A DNA stretch of 64,000 bases from Paraspadella gotoi. Lineage: Eukaryota > Animalia > Chaetognatha. Made by a program: the position numbers and the translations under genes. Shown here one piece after another: positions 51,305 through 64,000 of this stretch (the first letter of the stretch is position 1; each line of letters opens with the position of its first letter). Location: NCBI GenBank assembly GCA_051294375.1, contig CM119266.1:12375705-12439704 (forward strand), given 5' to 3'. The notes beneath the pieces were generated by a model. The model searched no databases. It saw only the letters and a program-made list of their open reading frames with translations, and had not been told where the DNA came from.

Positions 51305-51854
51305 GACAGACAGAGTCGCAGAGCTCTGACTTGTTTTGGAATCGAAAGAAATTTGTCCAACCAAGTTCTAAAGACACTTTTAGAGAAAAAACAAGTGCGA
51401 CGAGTCAACAGACAAATAAGCAAACAAACAAAACATCTCCGACCAGAATCCTCGAAGACGCCATCACACTCAGTCACAAACACACACACAAAAAATAACC
51501 CCGTAACCTTTGAATCCTTGGAAGTCGCGAATCCGACCTCTAGCGGCCGACCCTTGGACAATCTTGACCTTTGCTTCTCTTCGGTCGCCTCATCGCAAGT
51601 TGTCTCGCTTTCCGTTTCAGTCGATCGGGTCGGGTTAGGAACTTTGCCAATCTGGGGCTTGGGATTTATATGGAGATTCGTTTATTTATTTATATATTTA
51701 TATATTCCTTCATTTATTTATTTTAACTTTAATTTTTTTTTTTTTTTATTATATTTTATTATTATTTTATATTATATTATCTATAATATTATTATTATTA
51801 TTTATTATTATTATCTATTATTATATAATTATTATTATTATATATTATTATCGT

Positions 51855-54800
51855 GAGGAGGAGCGTAGTAATCGTACGCGCAGATCTTCTTTCCCCCTCC
51901 CGTTTCTCCGCCTCCTCCTCCTTTTCGATCGGGTTTCGCGCCAGCCACGAGATTTTTCCATTCCAGATTCACTTCCTACTTCCCTCTCTCTCGATATATG
52001 ACCTATTTTCTGCCTCTCTGTATTTTTATTATGTTGTGATCGTTTTTTTCTCAATATACGCTTTTTTACCGCATTTCTCGAGCAGTTTCTTCTTCAGCCA
52101 GTCTTATTTCTTATTAATTACAACGACAACAAGTGGCACCCCAATAGGTTTCAAATTTGGCCAGCTGGACAAGTCGCGTTTTTCTTCGTCACAAGACAGG
52201 ACTCGGCTATATCGGGTCCAGTTGAGGTTGGTTAAAGAGTTCGGAGGCCTCTCTCCTTATTAGAAGTCAGTTCCAGCGAAAGATCTGGATCTGCGTTTCG
52301 TTTTGTTTTATTTTATTTTTATATTTATTTTATATTTTTTGAGGCGCTATTAGGCGCCGAACGTCGGTTCGGTTTTATTTTGAAACGGCGCTATCTTCCG
52401 CCCCCCCCCCCCCCCCCACCCCCCCTCCTCCCCCCAGTCTTTCCGTCTCCGCCTTCGGAGCGCGAGAAGGCCCCAAAGACGCCCTCCAAAAAAAATAAAT
52501 ATAATAATAAAATATATAATATATAAATAATAATAATAATAATATAATAATAATATATAATTAATATAATAATAATTAATAATAAGACCCCTCCCGAAAA
52601 AAAAATAATAATATAATAATAATAAAATAATCCATATAATAATAATAATAATATTAATAATAATTAATATTAATAATAATAATAAAATAAGGGACGCCCG
52701 CACCGCCGAGAAAAAAAAAAAACATTAACCAACAGACGCGACGACGGAGCCACGTGACTTGAAAACCGAGAATCTTCGGAATTCGTGAATCAGGCAGGAT
52801 TCAGTGAACCTTCCGAGCAAGGTGAACAAAATTTGCCGGTTAGGTTCTTCTTTTTTACGGCGTTTGTGAAGGGAGAATGTCTGACTTGATCCTTCAAGTT
52901 TTTTGCAGCCTTGTGAAATTGGTTTTAAAGTTGTAAAGAAATGTTCAGGACTGTTGGGCTTGCTCTGGCGATAATGGGTTTAACTAATCACAATATTGAT
53001 AATTTTAAGGACGACTAACAATGTAGGCTCAGTTCGGAAATAATTCGGTTTTCAATTTCTTCCATTTATAAACGAACATATTATGCGCGTCCGACTCGCT
53101 CTCCCCGTGGCCGCTTTACCTTGTCTGTTGACCTCCCTCGACTCAGACTTCTTATCTCATAAAAAAAAACTACTTGTCTAATCAATTCTAAGCTTTTCTT
53201 GTTCCCCAGGAAATTACAAACATACGCAAAGCTGTTGTATAAACTAAAGAATTTGAAGCAAGTATGGAAGCCTGTACTTGCCGGAAACATAAATTTGCAA
53301 AGGCGGTCATCGTCTCCCATTAATCTTGCTGCTGCTCTCTCTCTCTCTCTTCTCATCTCCTGTCTCTCTCTCTGGACAGCTCGTCGAATTTTAAAAAATA
53401 AATCTTGTAATATTACTTTGTAAATAAAAAACAATTGTAAAATAATCTTTTTAACATCCACCTAAACCGCCGTCAAAAGACGATACATTAATAAAAAAGA
53501 AAAATTGTTCAAAAATAATTAAAAGGACAAGCAGAACATGTAGACTTTGCTTAAAACACAAATTGAAAACTCAAACTCAGTAATAATAATCTACATCTAA
53601 ACTATTTTCTTTCCATCTGTGACCTCGTAAACAACCTCTTGACCCACTCGCCGAATAGACAGATCAGCAAACAATGCTTTTGCATTGCTCTAACAATAAA
53701 CGTCATCAATTCGATTTGTAAAAACTACGACCCCGGTAAGCCTAAATGAGTAATAACCTTTACAAAAATATTGTGGTATTAAGACAAAATTTAACATATG
53801 ATACAAAGAAACTAAGGCACAACTACAATCGTCTAATTGATATCAAACATTTACAAAATCAGCCGCATTTAGAAGAAACAATTTAGAAAATTAATCATTT
53901 GAACTGAATAAAGACAAATCACAGAGCTCCACTCAACTCAGAATCGCAATCATATGCATTATTCCTAATGAACATAATATAATAAACTCACAAGAAGGAA
54001 TCACTTTTGTAGCGATGTCCGCAAATATCAGAACCCCGTCGAAACCTATCTCAATTGTAAAAAAGTAGATGAATGATTCACATAGAATAATTGTCTTGGG
54101 TTACACAAACTAAAATTAACAAGTTGGTCGACGAAACGACTAGAACACGTTGGAAAAATACGAGTAACCGGCCCTTAATTATGGAAAACAATAAATATAA
54201 GAATGACCATGACGGTCATTAAATAGCACCCAAATACAAATCGAATCCTCTACTTCTTCAACTTGTACAAGAGATGAAAAAAGAGTCAGACCAAAAATCT
54301 ACACAAGAAGTTTTGCGAAAACTAATGAATAATAGATCTCAACAATTACAATGAAAATACCTCTAAGACAGAAAAATATCGTAACATCACAGCCATCTGT
54401 TCTTGTTATAGAACCATCAATACAAATTCGATAAAAACAAAATCCTCTTATGCAATGAAGAAAAAATTCAGTCGATAAGTACTCAACTTCTATCTTCAGA
54501 CACACAGATAACAAGATAACTTACCTCCACACCTCTTGCCCTGAATTTCTACACCTTGTAATCTTCTAGAACACTCTCATAAACAAATCAAGAGTAAATA
54601 CCGAAGATTCACTATACACTTCATACCCATCCTGATTGAAGACGCTAAAATAAGTCAAAAACATAATGTAAGCCCCCCAGAGAAACTCACAGTTGATAAA
54701 ACCTAGATGTCGCTTCATTAATAGTTCAACCGATTCAAATTTGGCCACTTCTAATAACTTAAACCTCAAACAACTCAACACCAACCAGATTCACTCACTG

Positions 54801-57800
54801 TACTATAAGAGTAGTACGATTATTCCATCAGATAGTAATTGTCGTATTATTACAGATTCGCGTCGTTCCAAAAGATATTAGAATACGCAGAGAAAAAGTC
54901 AAAAAATATGAAAAAGAAAAAAGTAACTGACCTTGTTTTTTTGTTTAACACTTAGGTTCTTAATGATCCAGTAGAGATGGAAAAGGTCTAGCTCGCTAAA
55001 CAACAATCAATTTAAAATCTGCGAAAAAACATCCCTCAATATGCAAATTCTTTCTATACTAATAAGTCAATATGTTTTCAAAAATAGCCAGGACAACACC
55101 GCTTTACCGCTACTCTCCTCCCCTTAGCGACAAGTCCAAATGATTCGAAATCAGATTTTAAACCAACGTGGGGTTTACAAAAATGGCAGGTAAATACTGA
55201 AATGTAACTAATGTTAGTTACAAAAAATGCGTTTCCCTGGTTCGTATACCATAATCTACTGGTTGGGAACTCAGATTTAGTCATAAGGTGCAGTCTTTTC
55301 AGCGTATGCCACTACAATGGACATCTGGTGAATACTTTTACATTTGTACATCGTTGCAAAGAATTTCTTAGATTAAAAAGAGCCTTTTTTCTAATTTGTC
55401 CATACTCATGTAACCATACACAATTTGCCGCTGCTCGTACCATTAAGAGAAATATGCGAGAACACTAACATCAAGTTTCACTATTCTAACCGTGTATCAT
55501 ACGCCTATTGACGATCATGAGCAAAATAAAGAATGATCACCCAATATCGAGCTGACCCTCCAGAAAACGAAACAATCACCTGTATTCCTAAAAATAAAAA
55601 TAATGCAAAATGACAACGAAATATCAAAAAAATAAATATAATCTCAAAATCAAATGGACTAACATAAATTGTTATTCTAAACGATTTAGATGTGTGCTCC
55701 TTAAATGAGGAAAACCGCTCTAAGTTCAAACACAGAAGGTTAATGGTTGATTACAGATTGAGACATAACCCTGAAATCATTCTTAATAACTGGAAAACAC
55801 CAATTTGGGCTAATGCTGACAGCGCGGCATTGAAATAAAAGATACACCTTTTTTAGTAAAACGACAAGACAAAAACAAGCGGGGGGGGGTGGATATGTAC
55901 GGTATGTCTAGTCTTTTTCGAGCACAAATTAGGTTTCCTTAACAGAATATCACCAAGTCGCGTCCAATAAATCTGAAAGAGACTTAGAAATATATGGATC
56001 AGTATGAAGAGGAAAAATCAATAGACATATTATTACTGATTGGGTACATACGTTATGGCAAACAAGAAATCTAGAACCATGTACCAAAAGCCAGGAAATC
56101 GAACCGAAGAATATGCAAGCTATCTTTAGCCGTAAGGAAGAGATAATCTTGAAATCAGCAAATAGAAGGAAGAAATCTTTACTATGGAATGGAACTCGGA
56201 AATGCTAAAATTGGAGATAATTAGAGGGAGTAAAACGGAAAGGACATTGCCGTACGGGCTAATACTCTACTTTATTATTGTCTTTTTAAACGAAGAAACC
56301 AATATCTTATTATCGATGGTGAAAAATAACAACGTTTCAAAATGCTATTAGGACAAAGATATCATCCAATGTGGAAAATACTACAAAAAACATAATATGA
56401 AATAAAATATCAGCAATTGATTTTATATGTAGTTTAATGAAGTCAAAACGTATCAGAATGATACAACAGGTGTATTGAACGAAGCCACGGGTATAATGGA
56501 AAATTAAAACGGGAAAAATAAACACTGATCACAAACACTATTCTTAACTCGTCTTAAGTTCTAACAAACATAGCCACCCCGGCCAATAACAGAAAACAAA
56601 TCACTTGTGATATCTCGAGCCACCACACACCAAGTGGAATTTTGTTCTAAAAGAAATGGAGGTTAAACCACCGACAAGAATACAAATGTAAAACTATAAT
56701 TACAAAAAAATGCAACCTGGGTATAAACTACGAATCGGGTTTAATAAAAATCATGGAAATCTCGTGAATTGGAATCCAGCTGCGATGAACAATCAATAGG
56801 AAAAAAACCACTAATTTAAATTAAATAAAGAAAAAAAATTACCGGAAACAATTTCTCAATAATACGCATACAAACGGAAGCTGGAGGAGAGAAAACGAAA
56901 ACAAAAAATTGAAAAAAGCCGTATAATTAAATGAAAGTGAGATGTGACCTGATGAATGAGCAGAACTAATACTATCATTTATAAAAAACAATTCAAACCA
57001 GATTGAGTAGAACTTGTCCAAGAAAAAAATAAAAGAAACCACAATATTAAACGAAAAAAAAATTAAAACTTACAAAACAAATTTTTAAAGATCAATTATA
57101 ATTGTGACTCAAACCCGTTGGTTGGTTATTTTGGAAGAAAAGAAAAAACAGCAAAAGCTTACAACAGATCACATTTTATGAATGTCTCATAACAAAAAAA
57201 CAAAATGGCAGAGGAAAGATGTATACCCATGCACTGAAAAGAGAAAATCATGGGAAAATTCTAGCATCCCTATTTACGAAAACATTATATAAAAGAAATG
57301 TAACGTGAGATATCACCCATTTCCACCGGAGAAAGCGGTTTAAATAAATTTCATTAATATGATAAAAACCGCGAGGAATTTTGAAACAGGTTTAGAATTT
57401 TAATAAACCACCGACACAAAAAGACAAATAATCTTGGAATTATAGAAGAAGGTAAAGGAAAGAAGAACATTTTTATTAGAGAGGATTGGTAAAAAATAGC
57501 TCATATCCCAATACGGATTCTTTTTAATAAGATTTGACTAATGCTTAAAAATTGTACAAACACAGATAATACAAAAAATTATATCAAGCTACTTGCCGTT
57601 GTGACGTGGTTTTCTTTTAAAACAAATTCTAGGAGTATAGAGTTAAAGAAAGAAGAAAAAAAAATACGTCTCAATAGCTTGGAATGAAAGGCATTAATTT
57701 ACCAGCGTAATGCGAAAGGTAACAGCGCGGCGAGTTAAAGAATTAAGACTTATTGATAAACCACGCAGTAGTTAGATCCAATATACAGTTTCATCATCCA

Positions 57801-58553
57801 TCAGTACAGATTCTAGAGAATTTTGTAGCGAATTTGATTCCAAAAATATTACAACAATTAATAATATGTCACACTTTGATTACCCATGCACAACGTCGTG
57901 GGTGAGTGAACAAATAGAGCTCGAATTGTCGGTCAACTTTGGACGAGTCATTTTTNNNNNNNNNNNNNNNNNNNNNNNNNGGAGGAGGAGTCGACGCGCA
58001 GATCTTCTTCCCCCTCCCGTTTCGCCTCCTCCTCCTTTTCGATCGGGGGTTTCGCGCAGCCACGAGATTTTTCCATTCCAGATTCACTTCCTACTTTCCC
58101 TCTCTCTCGATATGACCTATTTTCTGCCTCTCTGTATTTTTTATTATTTTGTGATCGTTTTTTTCTCAATATACGCTTTACCGCCATTTCTCGAGTTCTT
58201 CTTCAGCCAGTCTTATTTCTTATTACAACGACAACAATGACCCAATAGGGTCAAATTTGGCCAGTGACAGTCGCGTTCTTCGTCAGACAGACTCCGATAT
58301 ATCGGGTCCAGTTGAGGTTAAAGAGTTCGGAGGGGGGCTTCTCCGTTATAGAAGTTCAGTTCCAGCGAAAGATCGGACTGCGTTTTCGTTTTGTTTTTAT
58401 TTTATTTTATTTTATTTTATTTTTTCGCGAGGCGCTACAAGGCGCCGTACGTCGGTTTTCGGTTTTGAAACGGCCGCTATTCCGCCCCCCCCGCAGTCTT
58501 TCCGTCTCCGCCTTCGAGCGAGAAGCCCAAGAACGCCTCGCGAAAACTAATAA

Positions 58554-58629
<76 letters not shown>

Positions 58630-59237
58630 GACGCCCCCCCGAAAAATAAAAAAAAACATTAACAACAAAGACGACGACGACGACGTGACTCGAAAACCGA
58701 GAATCTTCGGGGAATTCGTGAATCAGGTTCAGTGAACTTCCGAGCAAGGTGACAAATTGCCGTTAAGGTTCTTTTTACGCGGGTTTGTGAAAGGGAGAAT
58801 GTCTGACGTTGATCCTTCAAGTTTTTGCAGCCTTGGAAATGGTTTTAAAGTTAAAGAATGTTCAGGACTGTTGGGCTTGCTGCGATTAATGGGTTAACTA
58901 ATCAACTTAATATTGTAATTAAGGACTAACAATGTAGCTCAGTTCGAATAACTTCGTTCAATTTCTCATTAATAAACGAGACAATATTGCGTCCACGTTC
59001 GTGGCCTTGACCTTGTCGTTGACCTCGACAGACTTCTTATCTCATAAAAAAAACCTCTTGTCTAATTCAATTCTAAAGCTTTTCTTGTTCCCGAATACAA
59101 ACATACGCAAGCTTTGTTAATAAACTAAAGGAATTTGAAGCAAGTATGGAAGCCTGTCATTGCCGGAAACAATAAATTTGCAAAAGCGTCATCGTCTCTC
59201 CATTAATCTTCTGCTGTCTCTCTCTCTCTCTCTCTCT
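51855..59237. repeat. ~1.3-1.5-kb duplication (51855-53372 and 57981-59237) enclosing the LINE remnant and a 25-N gap
   Basis: Both copies start gaggaggag...acgcgcagatcttct and end attaatctt..gctg(tc)n. Many indels between them; gap at 57956-57980. Confidence 0.8.
53373..57955 (+). mobile_element. Decayed or error-rich non-LTR retrotransposon (gag-like Zn-knuckle ORF1 plus APE endonuclease; weak RT traces)
   Basis: A-rich sense strand. Cys/His knuckle-like RCSLFSVCHYNGH...C and CPYSCNH (55285-55425). APE motifs in order across frameshifts: WTNIN (~55655), PEIIL.TE (~55770), RQDKNKRGGG (~55862), LLIG (~56035), SAIDFICS (~56410), TDHK (~56524). Possible GFR-, DLTNA- and ILGV-like RT remnants at 57385-57640. 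Truncated by the N gap. Confidence 0.55.
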
Positions 59238-59542
59238 AAACGTTCTTTCACTATGTTCATATCATTTAACTAATAAAACTTTCATTTTAAAGAATGACCA
59301 GAATGTCAGATTAGCTATTTGTCAGTCGTTATCTTTCTATGACAGTCTGTCACAATAATTTGATAAAATACAGACACAAATCCAAGCAAGTTGACAACCC
59401 TACTGCTAACAATGCGGGGCCAAAGGAGGCACGTCGTAATAATTCAGTTACGTCAACAACTGCGGGCGGAGAATGACGAAAAGCAGATAATTAGAAAAGT
59501 GACACCAACAGTCAGGCGCCAGCAGAAGTCTTTCTCTCTCTC

Positions 59543-59592
<50 letters not shown>

Positions 59593-60385
59593 TCTCGCTT
59601 TTGATTAATGCATTTTGGCGGGAAACCCTTCCAGGACTTTGCCTTCAACGCGTCCTCAGTAGCAAAGTCGCCATTCGCCTCTTTCAATTACATCCCTCTT
59701 TCGACTATGTATTCGAGGTTAACATCCGAATTTTTAAGTTATTTTATAGGCTTCATTATCGAAATTCGTTGTCGAAAAATAATTGCGTCGTTTAGGTTTT
59801 GCTTTTTTATCTCATTAGAAATAATAAATTCGTGTTGAAGTAAAATTTATTCGAATTTTTCCCTTATTTAAAAAAAAACGATTATTCTAAATATTTTTTG
59901 AGATATGGAAGTATGTAGATGTTTGGAATGAAAAATTACCTAAATTAAATTTATTTTTTTTTATTCATTTACTTAAACAGAATTTATTTTTCGTGAATTT
60001 TGAGTCATGTTCGAAAATATTTTAGGTACTGAGCTTAAGAAAAAAATCTATTCTGCATGAATTCCTTTCTTTAAAATCGGAAATTGTGATGTTTAAATAG
60101 GTATTTATTTTCCTTCCGAGTTTAGGATGGCGTCCAACGAAAACTCTATAAAAAGTACCTGGCAACGGAGTAAACAAACAAAACGGCAAAGTAAACCAAA
60201 CACAAAAGTAAACATAACAAAAGAGAAAGGAAGTCATAGGAAGTAAGAATGAGAATAGTAAAACATATAAAAGGAAAAAAAACGAAATGAACAGTTATGA
60301 ATAAGTACAGGAGATTATAAGCCAAAGGAAAAAATGGAAACAAAGACAAAACTATAACGCCGACGAAAATTGACCAACTGAGTAA

Positions 60386-60416
<31 letters not shown>

Positions 60417-60732
60417 ACGATGACGATGACGACGACGACGACGATGACAACGACGTCAACCCTGACGACGACATCGACCAAGCGGGCGTCACCGATTCAT
60501 GGCCATTGTTTGGTTTTCCAGTCGTGGTGTTGCGTAAACAACAAAGTATCGCCGACAACAACGACGACAGGCGTCATTGAACTTCCATTCTCTCTGAATC
60601 TCGTTACGAGGGAATTCGATCTCAAAACTGATTCTATTTATAGGATTTTCTCTTTTCCATAGTCAATGAATTCGACGCTACTGTCCTTTGTCTTTTATCT
60701 TTTCTTTATTCTTTTATAATCATATAATAAAC

Positions 60733-60909
60733 GAGTGAATAAATAGACTGTGAGAGAGTCTTGATCAAAAGCTTGCAGGGACCTGCTATGTCATTATCTT
60801 GTAAGAGTGATGGAGGCCTTAAACCACCAAAGCCTGTCCAAAGTCAGGGCCAAGATAGCTTATTTATTAAATGAATGAATAACATTTATATTGGTTGTAC
60901 CAATTTCAT
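60733..60909 (+). repeat. Dispersed ~200-bp repeat, copy B
   Basis: Collinear with 14790-14988. Confidence 0.7.
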
Positions 60910-61456
60910 ATCAATTTCCGTCTATTTTTTTTTCTTTTATTTATGTAAATCTGCTTATAAGTTTATAACTATAAGGATCATATTTACTGAAGTCAGTTGA
61001 ATAATTTTTCCACAATGATCCATTCTAATTTGAAAACAAACTTTAGGAAACCAATCATCAGCAGAAAAAGAAGAAAAAATCGCTTGAGCCTTGCCTAACC
61101 TAGAACAATTAATTTTTTTTCCTTCTACCAATTATTTTTAACTAATTCTCATCACGTAAACTGGAATGTAAGGTTTGCTCAGTGAATCTAAAATTAAAAC
61201 GGTGGGCGAAAAAAGCAAACATTCGAGAGAAGCAGAGTGTGAAAAAATAATCGTGAAAAGCGTGAGCATTTTTTATGTGATTCTCAATTTCCTTCTCTTT
61301 CCGAAATGAAACTCTTTTTATTTTCTTCTTTTTTTTCTTTTTAAAAAAAGAAACTTTAACGTTATAAAATAGAGAGTTAAAAAAAGGAAATATGATTAAG
61401 TATTCATGAAACAACATTATTAGCTTTTGTCTCTCGGAAAAGGCGGGAACGCGGGA

Positions 61457-61505
<49 letters not shown>

Positions 61506-61907
61506 ACTTTATTCGAAGGCAATAGTACTTTTTAAAAGTTACAGTTATTGTTTTTGTTTCTAAATGATTCCAAAATGATTTAAAAACATACAATCTCTAC
61601 AATCTCTACAGTCTACATTCCCTTCAAAAATTATCTGAATTTATATCGCATTAGTCTTTTATAACTAATTGTCGCTCCAGTTGTTTGTTAATTTGATTTC
61701 CCGATAAAACTCTAAAATTTTTCCAATTAAGGGAATGTAAATTCCTAAAAGCCTTCCCATTTTCTTTTATGGTAATAAGGGGTTTTTTTTTTGCCCGAAG
61801 AAACTTATGGTAATAATTTCCATTCTAAAAGTTTCGCTTTTTTCCATCCCCTTGAAATAAGACCGCACTTTAATTCTCCTTTGTACTAATTTCTTTTTCA
61901 GACAAAG

Positions 61908-61945
<38 letters not shown>

Positions 61946-64000
61946 TCCCTCTCCTTCTCTCGCTCTTCTCCTCTCTCTTCTCTCTTCTCTCTCTCTCTCC
62001 GTCCATCTCCTCTCTCTCTTCCTCTCTTGCCATTTTGCCGAGACCCATTTTTCTCATTTACATTTGTTAGGTCTTCCTCTTCGTCTCCATATTGTTCTTT
62101 TTCTTAAATGTAAATACAATTACAAAAGAGTGTCGTTAAAACCGATTCAAAAACGTTATTTATTAAAACATAAAAGACGACGTTTTTCTGTAATGAATAG
62201 CGATGAAGTTCTGCTTTCGACAGTTTTTCTTCAGTCGCTTCAAGCTTCTCCGTCCTTTCGATTAAAAAAAAAAGTAATTTGTTTTCTATTAAATCCACTA
62301 CACGAGCCGTTTTTTTTTTTAATTTAATATAATATTTTCATTTTTAATTTTGTAAAAAAACTAGTAAAAAATGAGTTTTTATCGAGTGTACAAGTTTTCA
62401 TTTTTGACGCCGAGTTTCTTTCAAGGCCGCCATCTATTTTTTTTCTTTTTCTCCCGTCAAAAATTTCTTCTTTTTTTTTTCGTAGTTGATTAACTCGTTC
62501 TCGTTTCATTTTTTCTTTTCATACTTCTTTAACATTTTCTTTTTAATATTACCTTAAATTATCATATTCTTCTTTTCTTCTTTCGCTTCGTGCCTTCCTT
62601 TCTCTACCTTCATCTTAATACTTTCCACTATCTCCAATCTCTCTCTTCTCTATCCTTCTTAATAATTTCCCTCTTCCCTATTTTTCTCCCTTCTTCTTTT
62701 TCTCCCCTATCTTCTTCTTTTAAATATTTCAATCCCAACCCCCACCCCCCAGACTCTTCCCCTCATTTCCCTCCTTTCCAACATTCCCCCACCCCACTCC
62801 TTAAAGTCCCGCCCATCGATGACAACAACAACTTTTGAATTCGTTGATCAATTGGGCGTTTGTTGATTCGTCGTCGTCGTCGTCGTCGTCGTCGATTATT
62901 CGTCGTCTTTGTCGAGTTCGTCTTCAATTCTATTTATATTTTCTTCGTTACAATCGAGGTTAATGTTTAAATCGTAGTTGGTATTTTAGTTGTTTAATTA
63001 GTGGTCAAGAAAACCATGCACCGAAGCTTCGTTAATTTCTCCTTTTCGCTTCTCAATCACTTTCAACAAATCTCTCGACTGATGTCCGCCACCTCCGCAG
63101 CCACCGCCGACACTTTCACCGCCGCCTCCACGCCGCCGCTATTTATAAAACATATGTAGCGTTCCTCAAGCAATTAAATCATGTATGAAATAACCTTTAA
63201 ATCAACTGAGACTTTTGTTTTCGAATCCAATTAAAATCATCCTCCACCAGATGGATCTTTGGTTTCTGACTTTGTTTTTGTTTTTGACTGTTTACTTTTA
63301 AATTTGTTTTCTGAATATGTTCAGACTGATTTTTACTCTCGAATCAAATACATTGTTTATATGCTCTTCAACAAATGTTTTTATCTACTTGACTATAATG
63401 TAGGATTACATTAAAAAAGCGAGAGAAAAACTTTTATCTCGAATTCAACAAATCAAAATGATTCTATATCAAAACAAATCAATTAAAAAAAATCAAATTC
63501 GAAATTAAGATGCTGATCTTTTCCCCTGCGCAATGGACTATAATCATAAATGATAATCGCCATGTCATCTTAGTACATCTGACTCTCAGGTTGTCACCTC
63601 GCAGGCCGTGGCACGGTCCCGCCGTCAATCGTCACCGTCGAATATCAGATAATATCGACCGCCTCCTAGTGACTTGCCCCAGCGACAATAATATAAGATA
63701 CTAACATAAAAGTCACGAGCGATCGCAAGGGAGCGCGTGTGACCGGATTTGTCGGGGACGGTTGAGGGGGCGTATACGAGAATGAAGACTTATATCAGGT
63801 CGTGTGAAATATGAAATAACAACAACGTAATTAAACAGCAACAACACTGCCCGTCTCCGGCGTGAAAAGAAATGGCAAAAATAATCATGTTTTTTAAAAT
63901 TGCCGTGCCTATCCATATAATCCTGAACCCTCCTCTCTCTCTACTCTCTCTCTCTCCTCTCTCACTTCTCGATCTCATCATCTATCTCTCATCGTGCTCT

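Noticed and set aside
51855-53000. Hydrophobic open frames as further KCNQ or Frizzled transmembrane exons
   Set aside because: No family motifs; hydrophobicity is explained by T-rich composition, and the frames differ between the two copies.

Overview
Eukaryotic draft-genome window, most likely an invertebrate animal: AT-rich, very dense in (CT/AG)n microsatellites, with many N gaps and several indel-noisy stretches. Most of the supplied ORFs are microsatellite or N-gap artefacts; the real genes are spliced. Supported content: (1) a 5'-incomplete LZTS/Fez1-family gene (+, 4693-8916, 6 exons); (2) a complete, convergent 11-exon FBXL2/FBXL20 gene (-, 12205-15839) with two tRNA-Ala genes antisense in intron 2; (3) an initiator tRNA-Met (-); (4) a 4.5-kb hAT-like TIR element carrying two nested short inserts; (5) a decayed Penelope-like RT; (6) the first two recognisable exons of a KCNQ channel (+); (7) a candidate highly divergent Frizzled-like 7TM segment antisense to and downstream of those KCNQ exons, present twice; (8) a decayed APE-type LINE abutting a (TC)n tract. 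Three near-identical duplications look like gap-filling artefacts. The most notable signals are that 3 of the 17 splice donors I could place are GC rather than GT (one in each gene) and the Frizzled-like segment that lacks the KTxxxW motif. All homology calls are by eye from remembered family motifs, not from database searches.
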